A DNA stretch of 64,000 nt from Leucoraja erinacea (taxonomy: Eukaryota): the NCBI RefSeq assembly GCF_028641065.1, contig NC_073401.1, positions 14,136,001-14,200,000 of the forward strand. Direction: 5' to 3'. The notes under the pieces are model-generated. The model was not told where the DNA came from and did no database searches. It worked only from the letters and a program-made list of their open reading frames with translations. The translations under genes were made by a program, and so were the position numbers. Below are positions 34,787 through 47,136 of this stretch, one piece after another. Numbering within the stretch: the stretch's first letter is position 1; each line of letters begins with the position of its first letter.

Positions 34787-37700
34787 GTAAGATTGCACCT
34801 CTGTTCTCAGTCTAATCTGTTCCGTATCAAATTGGGTATGCATGTACAGAAGTCCAAACAGACTAAGAATTGTGCTCTTCTCCTGAATCAAGTGGGACAA
34901 ATGAAAGTTTTATTTCTCATGCCGGAGATAATTATCAAGGAGCCTTTCCCACCTACAAACAAATAACCAGCAGTCTCTTTGGATACAGTGAGATAATGAG
35001 CTATTTATTAGTCATGTAGTCAAACAGCACAGAAACACCACCCCCCTCCACCCCCCCGCAACTTTCTCAGTCCGTGCTGACCATAAAACACCTAAGTAAG
35101 ATAATCCTACTCTAATACCATCGCATTCTCCCCATTCTCCCGAAGGTGTTCTCCAGATTCCACCCCACATTTACCAAAAAAAGGGCACAAAGTGCTGGAG
35201 TAACTCAGCATCTCTGGAGAACATTTCTCGAGACCCTTCCGTCACCTCTACGTTCTCCAGGGATGCTGGCTGACCTACTGAGCTACTCATGCACTTTGTG
35301 TCCTTTTGTTTATTAACCAGTATCTGGATAAAGGGAGCTTTTGTTGGAAATACACAGGGTGCTGTGAGAACTCACCTGGAGAACGACGCAGAGTCTTGGT
35401 TTCATACTTAATGTGCTTGCGGAGCAGAGAAAGTTCACTGGGGGTTTAGCTCCTGGGGTGAGAGGAGCGAGATATGAAGGAACGTTAAGCAGGGTTTATT
35501 GGAGTAAAGAAGAATGAGAGATAATCTTACTGAAACATCAGTCTTACGGAATGGACCAAGACGTTGTTTCCCCTCATGGGTAATCCTAAACCTGGGCCAG
35601 ATGTTCAGAATATGGCGTCAACTATGGAAACGCAAAATAATTTATTCTCTCAGAGGCTTATCAGGGTTTAGAGAGACAGTGGGGAAACAGGCACTCTGGC
35701 CCATCGAGTCCAGAGGGCACCACGTCAGAATAAAAGGACGTACCTTTAGAATGGAGATAAGTAGGAATTTATTTAGCTGGAAGGTGGTGAACCTGTGGAA
35801 TTCATTGCCACAGACGGCAGTGGCAACCGAGTCATTTGGGTATTTTTAAGATGCAGATTGATCGGCTCTTGCTTGGTAAGGGTCAAAGGTTTTGAGGAGA
35901 AGGCAGGAGAATGAAATTGAGACGGAAAGATAGATCAGCCATGAAATAATGACGGAGCAGACTCGACGAGTCGAAAGGCCTAATTCTTCTCCCATGTCCT
36001 GTGAACATGTGGTCTTATGAGTCCACACTGACCACCGATCACCTGTTGACACTGGATCTATGTTAATCCCCATTCGCATCTACCATGACAGCCTGAGCAA
36101 TTTACAGAGGCCAATTAACCTCTGGAATTCTCTAACCTAAAAAGCTGTGGGGCAGAGCTACTGAATTATTCAAGACAGAGTTTGACAGCCATCTAAAGCA
36201 CGAGGGTGTCGGGAGGCATGAGGATGGAGGTGGAAGCTGTTGTGAGGCCAGGATTGGATCAGCCATGATTTTAATGAGTGGTAGGGCTGTGGCTTGATGG
36301 GCCAAATGGCCTGCTTGTGTTCATTATGTTCTTCACCATTTGTTGGTAAAGCATTCATTGCCTCGCCCTTTAAAGTGACAATTGTTCATTTTTTATATTG
36401 TTTTGTAACAATATTTCCAGCTGGTGCATTATTTAACAATCTCTATACTTCATCTACACAGTGGGCATCCACAGTATATCAGTAAATTAGTTCCAGAGAA
36501 AATACTTTTTAAATCAAAATAATCTGCAAATGTAAATGTAAAATAAAATAAATCAAAACCTAATTAATATAACACAGAATTTATTATTTCTAACAGCATG
36601 ATTAATGTACAGGAACAGCAACACTCTGCCATTTAAACACATTAACCAGTTGGTTATTTTTGTGTGAAACATTTATATTCTGGTAGTTTTACCATGAAGA
36701 AAATAAACAAGATTAAGATGGTGAGGTTTCAAGTGTACACCAGCAATAACCTCTGTCTGGGCTGACTTTTTTGAAAGCTGACTTGTATATCAAGTAGCAT
36801 GGCAAAGAATGTGTTCAGGGTTGTAGATGGATGCAGGTCTGGAATACAATTAATGCTTTAATGATGTGAGGGAATTTTTGATGTAAAGGCATTCCTCTGG
36901 GAAGTTGCTGAATCATTTAAATCCTGAGCCATGTTACTTCTACACAAGTTAGTCTTTTGTCTTACTCCCCCCCCCCCCCCCCATACATCCAAGGGATACT
37001 TTGCAGGCGGCAGAAGACCATTTAGATTCATAAAATTGGCCGTCTAAAGTTGCACCTAAATATGATCTGAAGATTTGGAGGTTAGATGAAGCTCTGCTTC
37101 CTCCACATTCCTGGCAAACTTCCGAAAGACTGGAACTGTGCTTGGGTTTGTGAAGGAAATGAATAGCTGCTGAGGTCGTTATTGAACCGTGATTGAAAAC
37201 AAAATAGCTGCGTTTACATTCGTATTAGAATAATTGAAAACATTTTTGGAAGCAAAGTTTTTTGAAGAGACTATTTGTTTTGTGACTGGAAATGCCAAAA
37301 TAAATTTGCATTGATTAACATGTTAATCAGTGTTAATTTCAGTTCAAGTTGCAGTTATTTTGATTATCTGTTAATCCAATTTCAGATACACAGACCTTCT
37401 TCTGTGCTATTTATTGCAGGGCAGGCAGTATCTCTAGGCCATGTGGTCTGCTGTTTCCAGTGATATCTGTGCCTGGCCAACACCTAGCAGCATTTTCATC
37501 AGGGAGCACATTGTTGGGAGAGCCAATATGATGAGTGTCTAAAGTTGCTTAAACAATCCCCTGGATCCCTGGGGCTACACAGTGACACGAACAAGCAGAA
37601 ATGTTTGAAGATTTTTTTTTTTAACATAAGCCAGTCTTCACAGTCTTCAGTCCCCGGGAATTCTGCTGTAATCTTGAGGAAAGGGGCAAATCCGATGAAA

Positions 37701-38237
37701 TACTTGGGTTTGGCGGCATCACAGTCGAAATGTCTCCCTGTCTAATATCCACTGACTCAACACTGTCTAATGGTGATGGGGAGCAGGGAATGTTCTCCAT
37801 TATAAGTAACATCACTTCCATCACCATCAATTTGTTTCCCACCAACTTCACCAAAGGGTGGACCAGTGGCACAGCGGTAGAGTTGCTGCCTTACAGCACC
37901 AGAGACCCGGGTTTGATCCTGTCTGTACGGAGTTTGTATGTTCTCCCTGTGGCCTCGTGCGGTTTCCTCCCACATTCCAAAGACTTGCAGGTCTGTAGGT
38001 TAATTGGCTTCTGAAAAATTGTCCCTAGTGTGTGGGATTGAACAAGTGCATGGGTACGTATAGCAGCACGTTTCAGAAATTCAGTTAAGCACAGATCTTT
38101 GTTGCCTGGACTTAAACAATCCAATGTTATTCATGACATGTGCCCAAGTGTCTAACCTGCTGATGGATGAGGTTCTTCACCCGAGTCGATACATGGTTCT
38201 GAATGCATCAGTTCATTCCTATATCCCTGTCATTTAA

Positions 38238-38535
38238 TTGTTTAGTTTAAGTTTTGTTTAGAGATACTGCGTGAAATCTAGTCCTTCGCCCCACTGATTC
38301 CACGCCGACTGGGAATCCCCATACATCAGCACTATCCTGCACACTTACAATTTTACCGAAGCCAATTAAATTACAAACCTGTATGTCTTTGGAATGTGGG
38401 AGGAATCCAGAGCACCTGGAGAAAACCCACGTGGTCACAGATAGTACGTAAAACTCCGCACAGACAGCGCCCGTTGTCAGGATCGAACCCGGGTCTCTGG
38501 CGCTGTAAGGCAGAAACTCTACCACTGTGCCACCC
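38238..38535 (-). mobile_element. HE1/V-SINE copy just upstream of the CUT1 exon
   Basis: Reverse complement of the SINE; a plus-strand copy lies at ~37865-38060. Confidence 0.85.
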
Positions 38536-38612
38536 AATTGGATGCACGTGTGTGAGTGAAATTGTGCCAGTGATTGAGGTCGGTAATTTAAACCTCTCCT
38601 TGAATTCTGCAG

Positions 38613-39281
38613 ATGAGGTACAACCTGAAGATGGTGCCAGGAAAGCAGCTGTGAACAATGAGAAGGATGCCTCGAGTGTTGATCATGCATCACCAGCCCC
38701 TCAGCCAAGTCCACATTGGTCCCGAGATGAGCAAGCCTCTCCAATGGCCATCCCAACACAAGTGTCAACCCAAGGACCAGAACCATCAGGAGCACTCCCC
38801 CTCTCTCCAATCCCCTTGATCAAAGCAAGCGATAAGTCTTCTCCAGAGCCTTTGCATCACAGGCCACTGATGTCTCCCTTGTACTCGAAAGAGGCTGTAA
38901 ATACTGTGGTTTACCCGACTGCACTCTACTCTGCTAAGGGAGCGCTAATCATAGGGAGTAGTTCTAGCAACAGTGAAGCTACCCCACCAAGTGACCAGTC
39001 AGAGGGCAGCGGCTCAAGTGCTGGTGATGACGAACATGTAGAGACAGCTGACATTGCTTTTCAGGTTAAAGACCAACTCCTAAGGCACAACATTGGACAG
39101 CGTGTGTTTGGACACTATGTTCTGGGGTTATCACAAGGATCTGTCAGTGAGATTCTTGCCAGACCTAAGCCATGGCATAAGCTTACAGTTAAAGGGAAGG
39201 AACCTTTTATTAAGATGAAGCAGTTTTTATCTGACGAGCAAAACATCCTTGCCCTTCGAACTATTCAAGTGCGGCAGAGAG
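38613..39281 (+). CDS. CUX2: CUX2 coding exon containing CUT repeat 1
   Basis: tgcag|AT...AGAG|gtatgt; [80 protein letters not shown]. Confidence 0.97.
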
Positions 39282-40794
39282 GTATGTACACGGGCTTACG
39301 CCAGTTTTCTGTCTGATTGAAACTTGGAGTAATAAGATCTGAGAGTTGAAAATAAAGTGCTGGAGGAACTCAGCGGGTCAGGCAGCATCTTTTACTTTAG
39401 ACTTCAAATATACAGCAAAGGAAACAAGCCCTTCGGCCCACCGAGTCCATGCTGACCGGTGATCACCCCATACATTAGCACTATCCTACACACTAGGGAC
39501 AATTTACAATTTTACCGAAACCAATTAACCTACAAACCTGTCCGTCTTTGGAGTGTGGGAGTGAACCGGAGCACCCGGAGAAAACCCATTCACTCACAGG
39601 GAGAACGTACAAACACCTTACAGAAAAGACCCGTAGTCAATATCGAACCTGGGTCTCGGGTACTGCAACTCCTCAGCTGCACCATTGTGCTGCCCCTAGT
39701 CCTTGTGGAGGGAATGGGCGGACAACATTCGGAGTGGGTGCCTTCTGATGGTTTAGGAGAGAGAGCTGGTAGAAAGAGGTGAGAGGAAGGGGTGGGGCAA
39801 GAACTGGCAAGTGATAGGTGGATAAAGGTGAGGAGGGGTTGATGGTCAGATGAGATGGGTGGGGATGGTAACCAAGGCTGGACGAGGTTTAACAGTGGAG
39901 ACGACAAAAGGGTGTGAATGGTGGAAACAGATAAAGAAGGTGAGGAGTGAAACATAGAACTAGAGGGAGGGGTGGTGACCATTCAGAAGGGCATAACAGA
40001 GGGGAAGAAGCCTGAGTCTGGTTGTGTGGACTTTCAAGCTTCCCTAGCTTCTGCTCGATGGGAACGGGGAGGGAAGAAGGAATGGCCAAACATGCTGATG
40101 GCAAGTGTAGGAAGGAACTGCAAATGCTGCTTTACACTAAAGATAGGCACAAAGTGCTGGAGTAGCTCAGTGGGTCAGGCAGCATCTCTGGAGAAAAAGG
40201 GTGGGTGACGTTTTGTGTCGGAATCCTTCACTGAACAAGACGTCCGACCCAAAATGCCACCAATCCTTTTTCTCCACAGATGCTGCCTGACCCACTGAGT
40301 AACTCCAGTACTTTGTCTCTATCTTCATACTGAGGGAAAATTTGGTTGGTATATTTTAAAATTAAAGTAACACCCGCCTGAATGAGCAGTGACCATCTTG
40401 TACACAGAGTTCATTGCATGTCTTACTGTATATGCAACTACTTGTAATCCTTCACAAAGGACTATTCAGATGGGTGTAATTTTCAATACAAGCTGTGACT
40501 CCAGATTATATGTTTTACCAGCTCAGCTGAAATCACAGCAGCACTAGGCATTATATGTCACAATGGTGGGGAAAAGAAAACATGAAATATTTTAAATTAC
40601 CCTATGTTAGATCATGCAGAAGTGGAAATCTTACCAAAGATATTGTTGAGTTACAAAACGAAACTCTTGGGGGACCTTATTCCGATCCAGTGAAGGTAGT
40701 AATTAAATTAAGCTGCGTGTTGTTGCTGTTTTGTCTTCTAATTTACATGGGTAAAGTGCAAGAAACAGTTTTCATGCATCTTTTGTTTTTGCAG

Positions 40795-40896
40795 GGAGCA
40801 TAACTCCGAGGATTCGGACTCCAGAAACCGGATCAGATGATGCCATTAAAAATATCCTGGAGCAGGCAAAGAAAGAGCTTCAGACTCAGAAAACTG
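40795..40896 (+). CDS. CUX2: CUX2 coding exon
   Basis: tttgcag|GG...ACTG|gtgagt; (G)[33 protein letters not shown]. Confidence 0.96.
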
Positions 40897-41907
40897 GTGA
40901 GTAATTGGGAAAAACAATCGAGATGTGCTTGAGTTAGGATTGTCGATCTGCGGCTCCTTAAAACGAAACCACATGAAGGCAAATTAGATCTTTGTGGAGA
41001 AGTTCATCAGCTGACAGGCTGTTTAATCATAAATGTCAGAGTTTTGAGTAGCTGCTTTGAGAAATCTAATTCAATGTCAAATTGTGTGCAGGAGGAAGAT
41101 ATCACTGAGGCTCGGGTTAAGATTGTGTTTTTGGGGATAAAGAAACGCAAGGAACTGCAGGTGCTAGTTAACAAAAAAAGACACAAAGTGCTGAAGAAAC
41201 TCAGCAGGTCGAGCAAGCAACATCTCTGGAGGACATGGATTGGTGAGGTTTCAGGTTGGAACCTTCAGCCTAGGGAAGGGTCCCAACCTGAAACATCACC
41301 TATCCATGTCCTCCATAGATGCTGCCTGACCCGCTAAGTTACTTCAACATTTTGTGTTTGTTCCTGGGAATAGGTTGCATCATTTCCACTAGTCGGAGAG
41401 TCTACATGACAACCTCAGAATACAAGGACGTACATTTAGAAAAGTGAAGAGGAATTTCTTTAGTCAGTGAATCTGTATAATTCATTGCTATAGACAGCTG
41501 TGGAGGCCAAGTCTTTGAATATTTTTTAGGCTGAAATTGACAGATGATTAATAATTGTGTCTGGGGTTTTGAGGAGAAGGCAGGAGAATGGGGTTGAGAG
41601 GGAAAGATAGATTTGCCACGATTGAATGGCGGGGCAGATTCAATGGTATGAATGAGCTAATTCTGCGCCTATGACTTATGAAAGCAAAGTCAGCTTAGTT
41701 ATTTTCACAAGATGCATTTTTGGAGACCTTCAATAAATACTCATTTCCAGTTCTCCTTTGCATCTTGGAAAGTGTTATTTTTTAAATATTTTGTAAACGC
41801 TGCTTTGAGTCACAATTTCCACCCGCATTTGGAAAAAATATATAGTTATTGGTACTTGAGAGCGAAAGAATGCTTAAAAAAAACCTGACTTTCTCTTTTC
41901 CTTTTAG

Positions 41908-42680
41908 TTGAATCTAAAAGCTCTCCCTTGCCTGTATGCAGTGCAAGTTCCAGCAGCAGTGCTGGCTCTGATGATGCGATTCGGTCTATCTTGGAGCAGG
42001 CCCGGCGAGAGATGCAGGCCGAGCAGCAAGTTCTGCTGGAGATGGAGACCCGGAGTAGCAGCAGCAGCAGCAACAATGCAGCGGTAACCCCGCATGTGGA
42101 AGCTTTACCAGCCACAAGCAAAGTTCCCCTTACCCCCTCCATCAAGCAGGAGGAAGGCATTGCAACTAAAAGTTCCCAGACTCCTCTCAGCGTGGTGTCA
42201 CCCGCGGCCTTTGTGCAGAGCATCATACGAAAGGTGAAGTCGGAGATCGGTGATGCTGGCTCCTACTTCGACCAGCACTGGGCCACGGAGAGGAACGTGG
42301 CTCACAGGTTGTACGCTTCGGTCTCGCCCTCCCCGTCGTCCTCCTCCTGCGGCTCGTCGGGGACGTCGGGAGCGGTGAGGCAGTGGCGGGCAGAGCCCAG
42401 CGAGAGCAGCAAGAGCGGCGAGGAACAGCCGGCCGCCTTGGAAGCTGCCAACAAGGTCGCGGACATCAAATGCGAAGGCAGCCCAGACTCTCAGAGCACG
42501 GGACAGCTCTCCGTCTTCCCCACCTACGTCCCGCGGTCGCTGAAACCAACCGTACCTCCGCTGACTCCAGAGCAGTACGAAATGTACATGTATCGAGAAG
42601 TGGACACTCTGGAGCTGACCAGACTAGTTAAAGAGAAGCTGGCCAAAAATGGAATCTGCCAGAGAATCTTTGGTGAAAAG
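41908..42680 (+). CDS. CUX2: CUX2 coding exon, N-half of CUT repeat 2
   Basis: cttttag|TT...AAG|gtaagc; [14 protein letters not shown]...[14 protein letters not shown]...[47 protein letters not shown]. Confidence 0.97.
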
Positions 42681-43056
42681 GTAAGCGGCCAGACAAATCA
42701 ATTCAGAATGAATTTCCCTGCCCTGCCAAGCTGGAAAGAGAAATGTCTAGGGAAGAGGAATAGTGTGGGCGGTTCATGATTTCACTTTAGACAACTGGTA
42801 GAACCTCTGCCTCACAGCGCCAGAGACACGGGTTCAATCCTGACCTTCGGCGCTATCTGTGCGAATTTTGTATGTTCTCCCTGTGACCGTGTGCTCTAGT
42901 TTCCTCCCACATCACAAAGACATGTTGGTCTGCAAGTTAATTGGCCTCTGTCAATTGCTTCTAGTGTGTCGGGAGTGGATGAGAGAGTGAGATAACAAAG
43001 AACGTGTGATTGATGTTGGTCGGCATGAACTCGGTGGGCTGAAGGGCCTGTTTTCT

Positions 43057-43555
43057 TGGGGAACAAGGACATGGCAGACCAATTGAATAACTACTTTGGT
43101 TCCGTCTTCACTAAGGAAGACATAAATAATCTGCTGGAAATAGCAGGGGACCGGGGGTCAAATGAGATGGAGGAATTGAGTGAAATCCAGGTTGGCTGGG
43201 AAGTGGTGTTAGGTAAATTGAATGGATTAAAGGCCGATAAATCCCCAGGGCCAGATAGGCTGCATCCCAGAGTACTTAAGGAAGTAGCCCCAGAAATAGT
43301 GGATGCATTAGTGATCACACAGAGAGTGGTGAATCTCTGGAATTCTTTGCCACAGAAGGTAGTTGAGGCCAGTTCATTGGCTATATTTAAGAGGGAGTTG
43401 GATGTTGCCCTTGTGGCTAAAGGGATCAGGGGGTATGTAGAGAAAGCAGGTACAAGACACTAAGTTGGATGATGAGCCATGATCATATTGAATGGCGGTG
43501 CAGGCTCGAAGGGCCCAATGGCCTACTCCTGCACCTAATTTCTATGTTTCTATAT
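43057..43555 (+). mobile_element. Internally deleted CR1 LINE
   Basis: LNNYFGSVFTKED...KSPGPDRLHPRVLKE joined directly to TQRVVNLWNSLP and the 3' tail. Confidence 0.88.
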
Positions 43556-43629
43556 TTCATGCTGCATCTCTAATCTAACCATATTCTTGTAATGGTTTTC
43601 CTCATATGTTTGTCCATCTCGAAAGATAT

Positions 43630-43840
43630 CATAGAAACTAGAAACATCTTAGGTGCAGGAGTAGGCCATTCGTTGGAGCCTGCACCGCCATTCAATATGA
43701 TCATGGCTGATCATCAACTCAGTATCCCGTACCTGCCTCTCTCCATACCCCCTGATCCCCTTAGCCACAAGGGCCACATCTAACAAATATAGCCAATGAA
43801 CTGGCCTCAACTACCCTCTGTGGCAGAGAGTTCCAGAGAT
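43630..43840 (-). mobile_element. CR1 3' fragment, inverted relative to its neighbour
   Basis: Reverse complement of the CR1 3' end (ggtgcaggagtaggccattcg...tggcagagagttccagagat). Confidence 0.85.
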
Positions 43841-44694
43841 CTGTATCATCATCTAACAAATCAGTGCAAGAGGCTTGTTCAGATCAATAGTCTCTCATAC
43901 TGTCATGGTTCAGGTTCAGTGATTACCAGAGGGACACAGTGAGATTTGTGTGAGGACTGGTGGCAAACAGTTGCCGTATAAATAACAGAAGAAGGAGCTC
44001 CAGCCTCCACCACCTGCTCGCCTGTACTATAAATAGATCTTATGCCCCCGCTGAGTTTCACCTTCTCACACTAATTCCATGTCCCTTGATTCAGTTACTA
44101 TCCAAATATCTCTGGTGGAATGTACCAATGATTGATCATCCACCGCCATCTTAAGTAAAGAATTCCAAAGATTACGAATGAAGGCATTTCTTCTCATCTC
44201 AGTGCTGAATAACTGGCTCATTATTCTGAGGCTGTGGTTGTTGCTACCCAGCCCCGTATCTGCCCCTTTAAGCCCGGTGGAGTCCTGGCGGGATCAACTC
44301 GCGTTGTCCTACCCTTCAGAGTCTAGGTCCAATTTGTTGAACTTCTCAACCAGCCACCGTCTCGGGGACCATGCCGGTCAACATTTGTTACATTCCCTCT
44401 GTCGTGGCAGGGAGTCCAGCCAATACTATTCAGACAATGAGAGACTGCAGATGCTGGAATCTTGAGCAGATCCCAAAGCACAAGACAATGAGGAATTCAG
44501 TGGGACAGGCGGCATCTGGGGAGGGAATGGACAGTTGACATTCTGGGAGGGGACTTGAGTCCAAAGAAGGGTCCCGACCCAAAACATCACCTGGCCATTC
44601 CCTCCCCAGGTGCTGTCTGACCTACTGAGTTCCTCCAGTACTTTGTGTTTTGCATACACACTATTCCACCTGCAGTCTCACCAGAGGCCTATGT

Positions 44695-44808
44695 ACCACA
44701 TTATATATAGTGTATATATGTATACAGTATAATACTAAACATTATATAGACTATATGTAATGTATAATATATACCACTACTATACATTTAGTATATGTTA
44801 ATATACTA
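44695..44808. repeat. TA-rich low-complexity tract
   Basis: Degenerate tatata/tatac repeats. Confidence 0.65.
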
Positions 44809-45774
44809 CTTCGCCCACTAGGGGTGAGTTACAGAGACCTATTAATCTAGAAACCCGCTCACTTTTGGGATGTGGGGGGAAACCGGAGCACCCAGAGGAA
44901 ACCCACGCTGTCACAAGGAGAACGGGCAAACTTCACACAGACAGCACCCGAGGTCAGGATCAAACCCAGGTCCCTGGCACTGTGAGGCAGCAGCTCTACC
45001 AGCTTCGCTACTGTGCCATCTCTGTTATCGCTTCTATCCAGGGAACATAAGTCTTGGTCTTCCTAGCTTCCAGCATGAGTTTGAACGCCAATGGGTCCAT
45101 TGTAGTTGCATGGTTGTCATTGGAGATTTACAATCAACGGAGGGAGGATGCATCCTATTCAAATATGTCTCGCGTAGCTATCTGTATAACTGCGGTCCCA
45201 ACCTCGACCTTTATTAAGGAGATGTATTCTAATCGCCACCTTGGTTGATGCTGACTATGGGTGCGGTCTGTACAGAGTTTGTACGTTCTCCCTGTGACAG
45301 CGTGGATTTTCTACAGGTGCTCCAGCTTCCTTCCGCACTGCTACAAAGACGTACAGGTTTGTAGGTTAATTGGCTATTAAAAAAATTTGCAAGTTGTCCC
45401 TAGCGTGAAGGATATTGCTAGTTGATCGCTGGTTGGCGAGGATCCGGTGGACTGAAGTTGTCTGTTTCGCTGTATCGCTAAAGTCTGAAGTCTAAAGCTA
45501 TACTCTCATCAAGAAGTGAAAATGAACTGAAGCAAGGGATAGCTGCAAATTGTGCGAGGTCACAAAAGAGTGGCATTGGAGCTTGGACAATGTGTGCCAA
45601 AGGGTCTGTTCTGTTCTGTAATGTTCCATGTTCTATGTCATCGAGTGCACTGGCTTTCAGTAATTCTTTGAAATTCAGACACCTGGTCCCATATGCACAC
45701 AATTTTGATTGCAATTGTGAAATTATTCTGAATTTATTTAAATTCATATTACATTTCAAGTAAGATCACGAGAT

Positions 45775-46300
45775 CATAAACAATAGGGGCAGAATTAGGC
45801 CATTCGGCCCATCAAGTCTACTCCGCCATTCATTCATGGTTGATCTATTTCACTCTCCTAACCCCATTTTCTTGCCTTCTCCCCATAACCTCTGACACCC
45901 GTACCAATCAAGAATCTGTCTCTGCCTTAAATATATCCACTGACTTTGCCTCCACAGCCTTCTGTGGCAAAGAATTCCACAGATTCACCACCCTTTCACT
46001 AAAGAAGTTCCTCCTAATCTACTTCCTAAAAAAAAATGTCCTTTAATTGTTATGACCTCTAGTCCTAGACTCCCACTAGAGGAAACATCCTCTCCACATC
46101 CAATCTATCCATGTTTTTCCACTATTTTGTACCTTTCAATGAGGTCCCCCCCTCATTCTTCTGAACTCCAGCGAGTACAGGCCCAGTACTGTCATATATT
46201 AACCTACTTATTCCTGGGATCATTCTTATAAAACTCCTCTGGACCCTCTCCAGAGCCAGCTCATCCTTCCTCAGATATGGCGCCCAAAATTGATCAAATA
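45775..46300 (-). mobile_element. Older CR1 LINE 3' fragment
   Basis: gaattaggccattcggccc...aattccacagattcaccacc...ctccagcgagtacaggccc. Confidence 0.8.
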
Positions 46301-46976
46301 TTTGAGCAGTGTGTGACTATGGTGAACTATGAGTGACTTGTATGAATGACTATGGTGGCAAAAATCCTCGTTTATGTAGGACCTTTGCTCCGTTACATTG
46401 GGCGGTCGGTACCTAGTCAATAATCAGCTGGAGTGCGAGACTCCTGGAATTACTACCTGCTAATGTCTCCTATTCTGGTTCATGTTTTAAAGCACCATTT
46501 TTTCTTCTAAATCAGAATTCCCGATCTAATTATGGGACCTTAGCTGAAGGTAACTGATTATTCCAGTCCAATATCGGTTTGAAACCTACTGAGGCATGAA
46601 GCATATTTTTCTGCTGCTATTTCTCACTGGTTTCCTCAAAACAGCAACCAATAAACTTGTCCAAACCCATGCCTTTCAGTAATCCATCTTCACTGCGATG
46701 GAAAGCATGCTCACCTGATGCAAAACGGTGAAGAATATTCATTTGTCAGAAGCTAAATGCCCATAAGTGGATTTCCTATAACACAGGAGTAATAGGATGG
46801 TGTAGACTAAAAATCCATTTAAATGTCGCAATAAAATTCACAAAGCGAAGGCATCATCAGTCTCCTGGAAAATAATCTGTTTCGTGTAACATGCTCCCGT
46901 TTCAGTAACCCTGTTAACAGGCCAGGTTGGAAGGTTGGAAAATAATTTGTTTCCCTTCGTGTTCCCTCTGCACCAG

Positions 46977-47136
46977 GTGCTGGGCTTGTCACAGGGCAGT
47001 GTCAGTGATATGCTGTCCAGACCCAAGCCGTGGAGTAAGCTGACTCAGAAAGGCCGTGAGCCCTTCATCCGCATGCAGCTGTGGCTCGTTGATAAGTTAG
47101 GCCAGAGCACCACATATCCCCCACAACCTGTACAAG
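46977..47136 (+). CDS. CUX2: CUX2 coding exon, C-half of CUT repeat 2
   Basis: caccag|GTG...CAAG|gtaagg; [37 protein letters not shown]. Confidence 0.97.

Noticed and set aside
38396-38612. N-terminal extension of the 306-aa ORF
   Set aside because: Antisense SINE and intron sequence that is in frame by chance; the real exon starts after the AG at 38612
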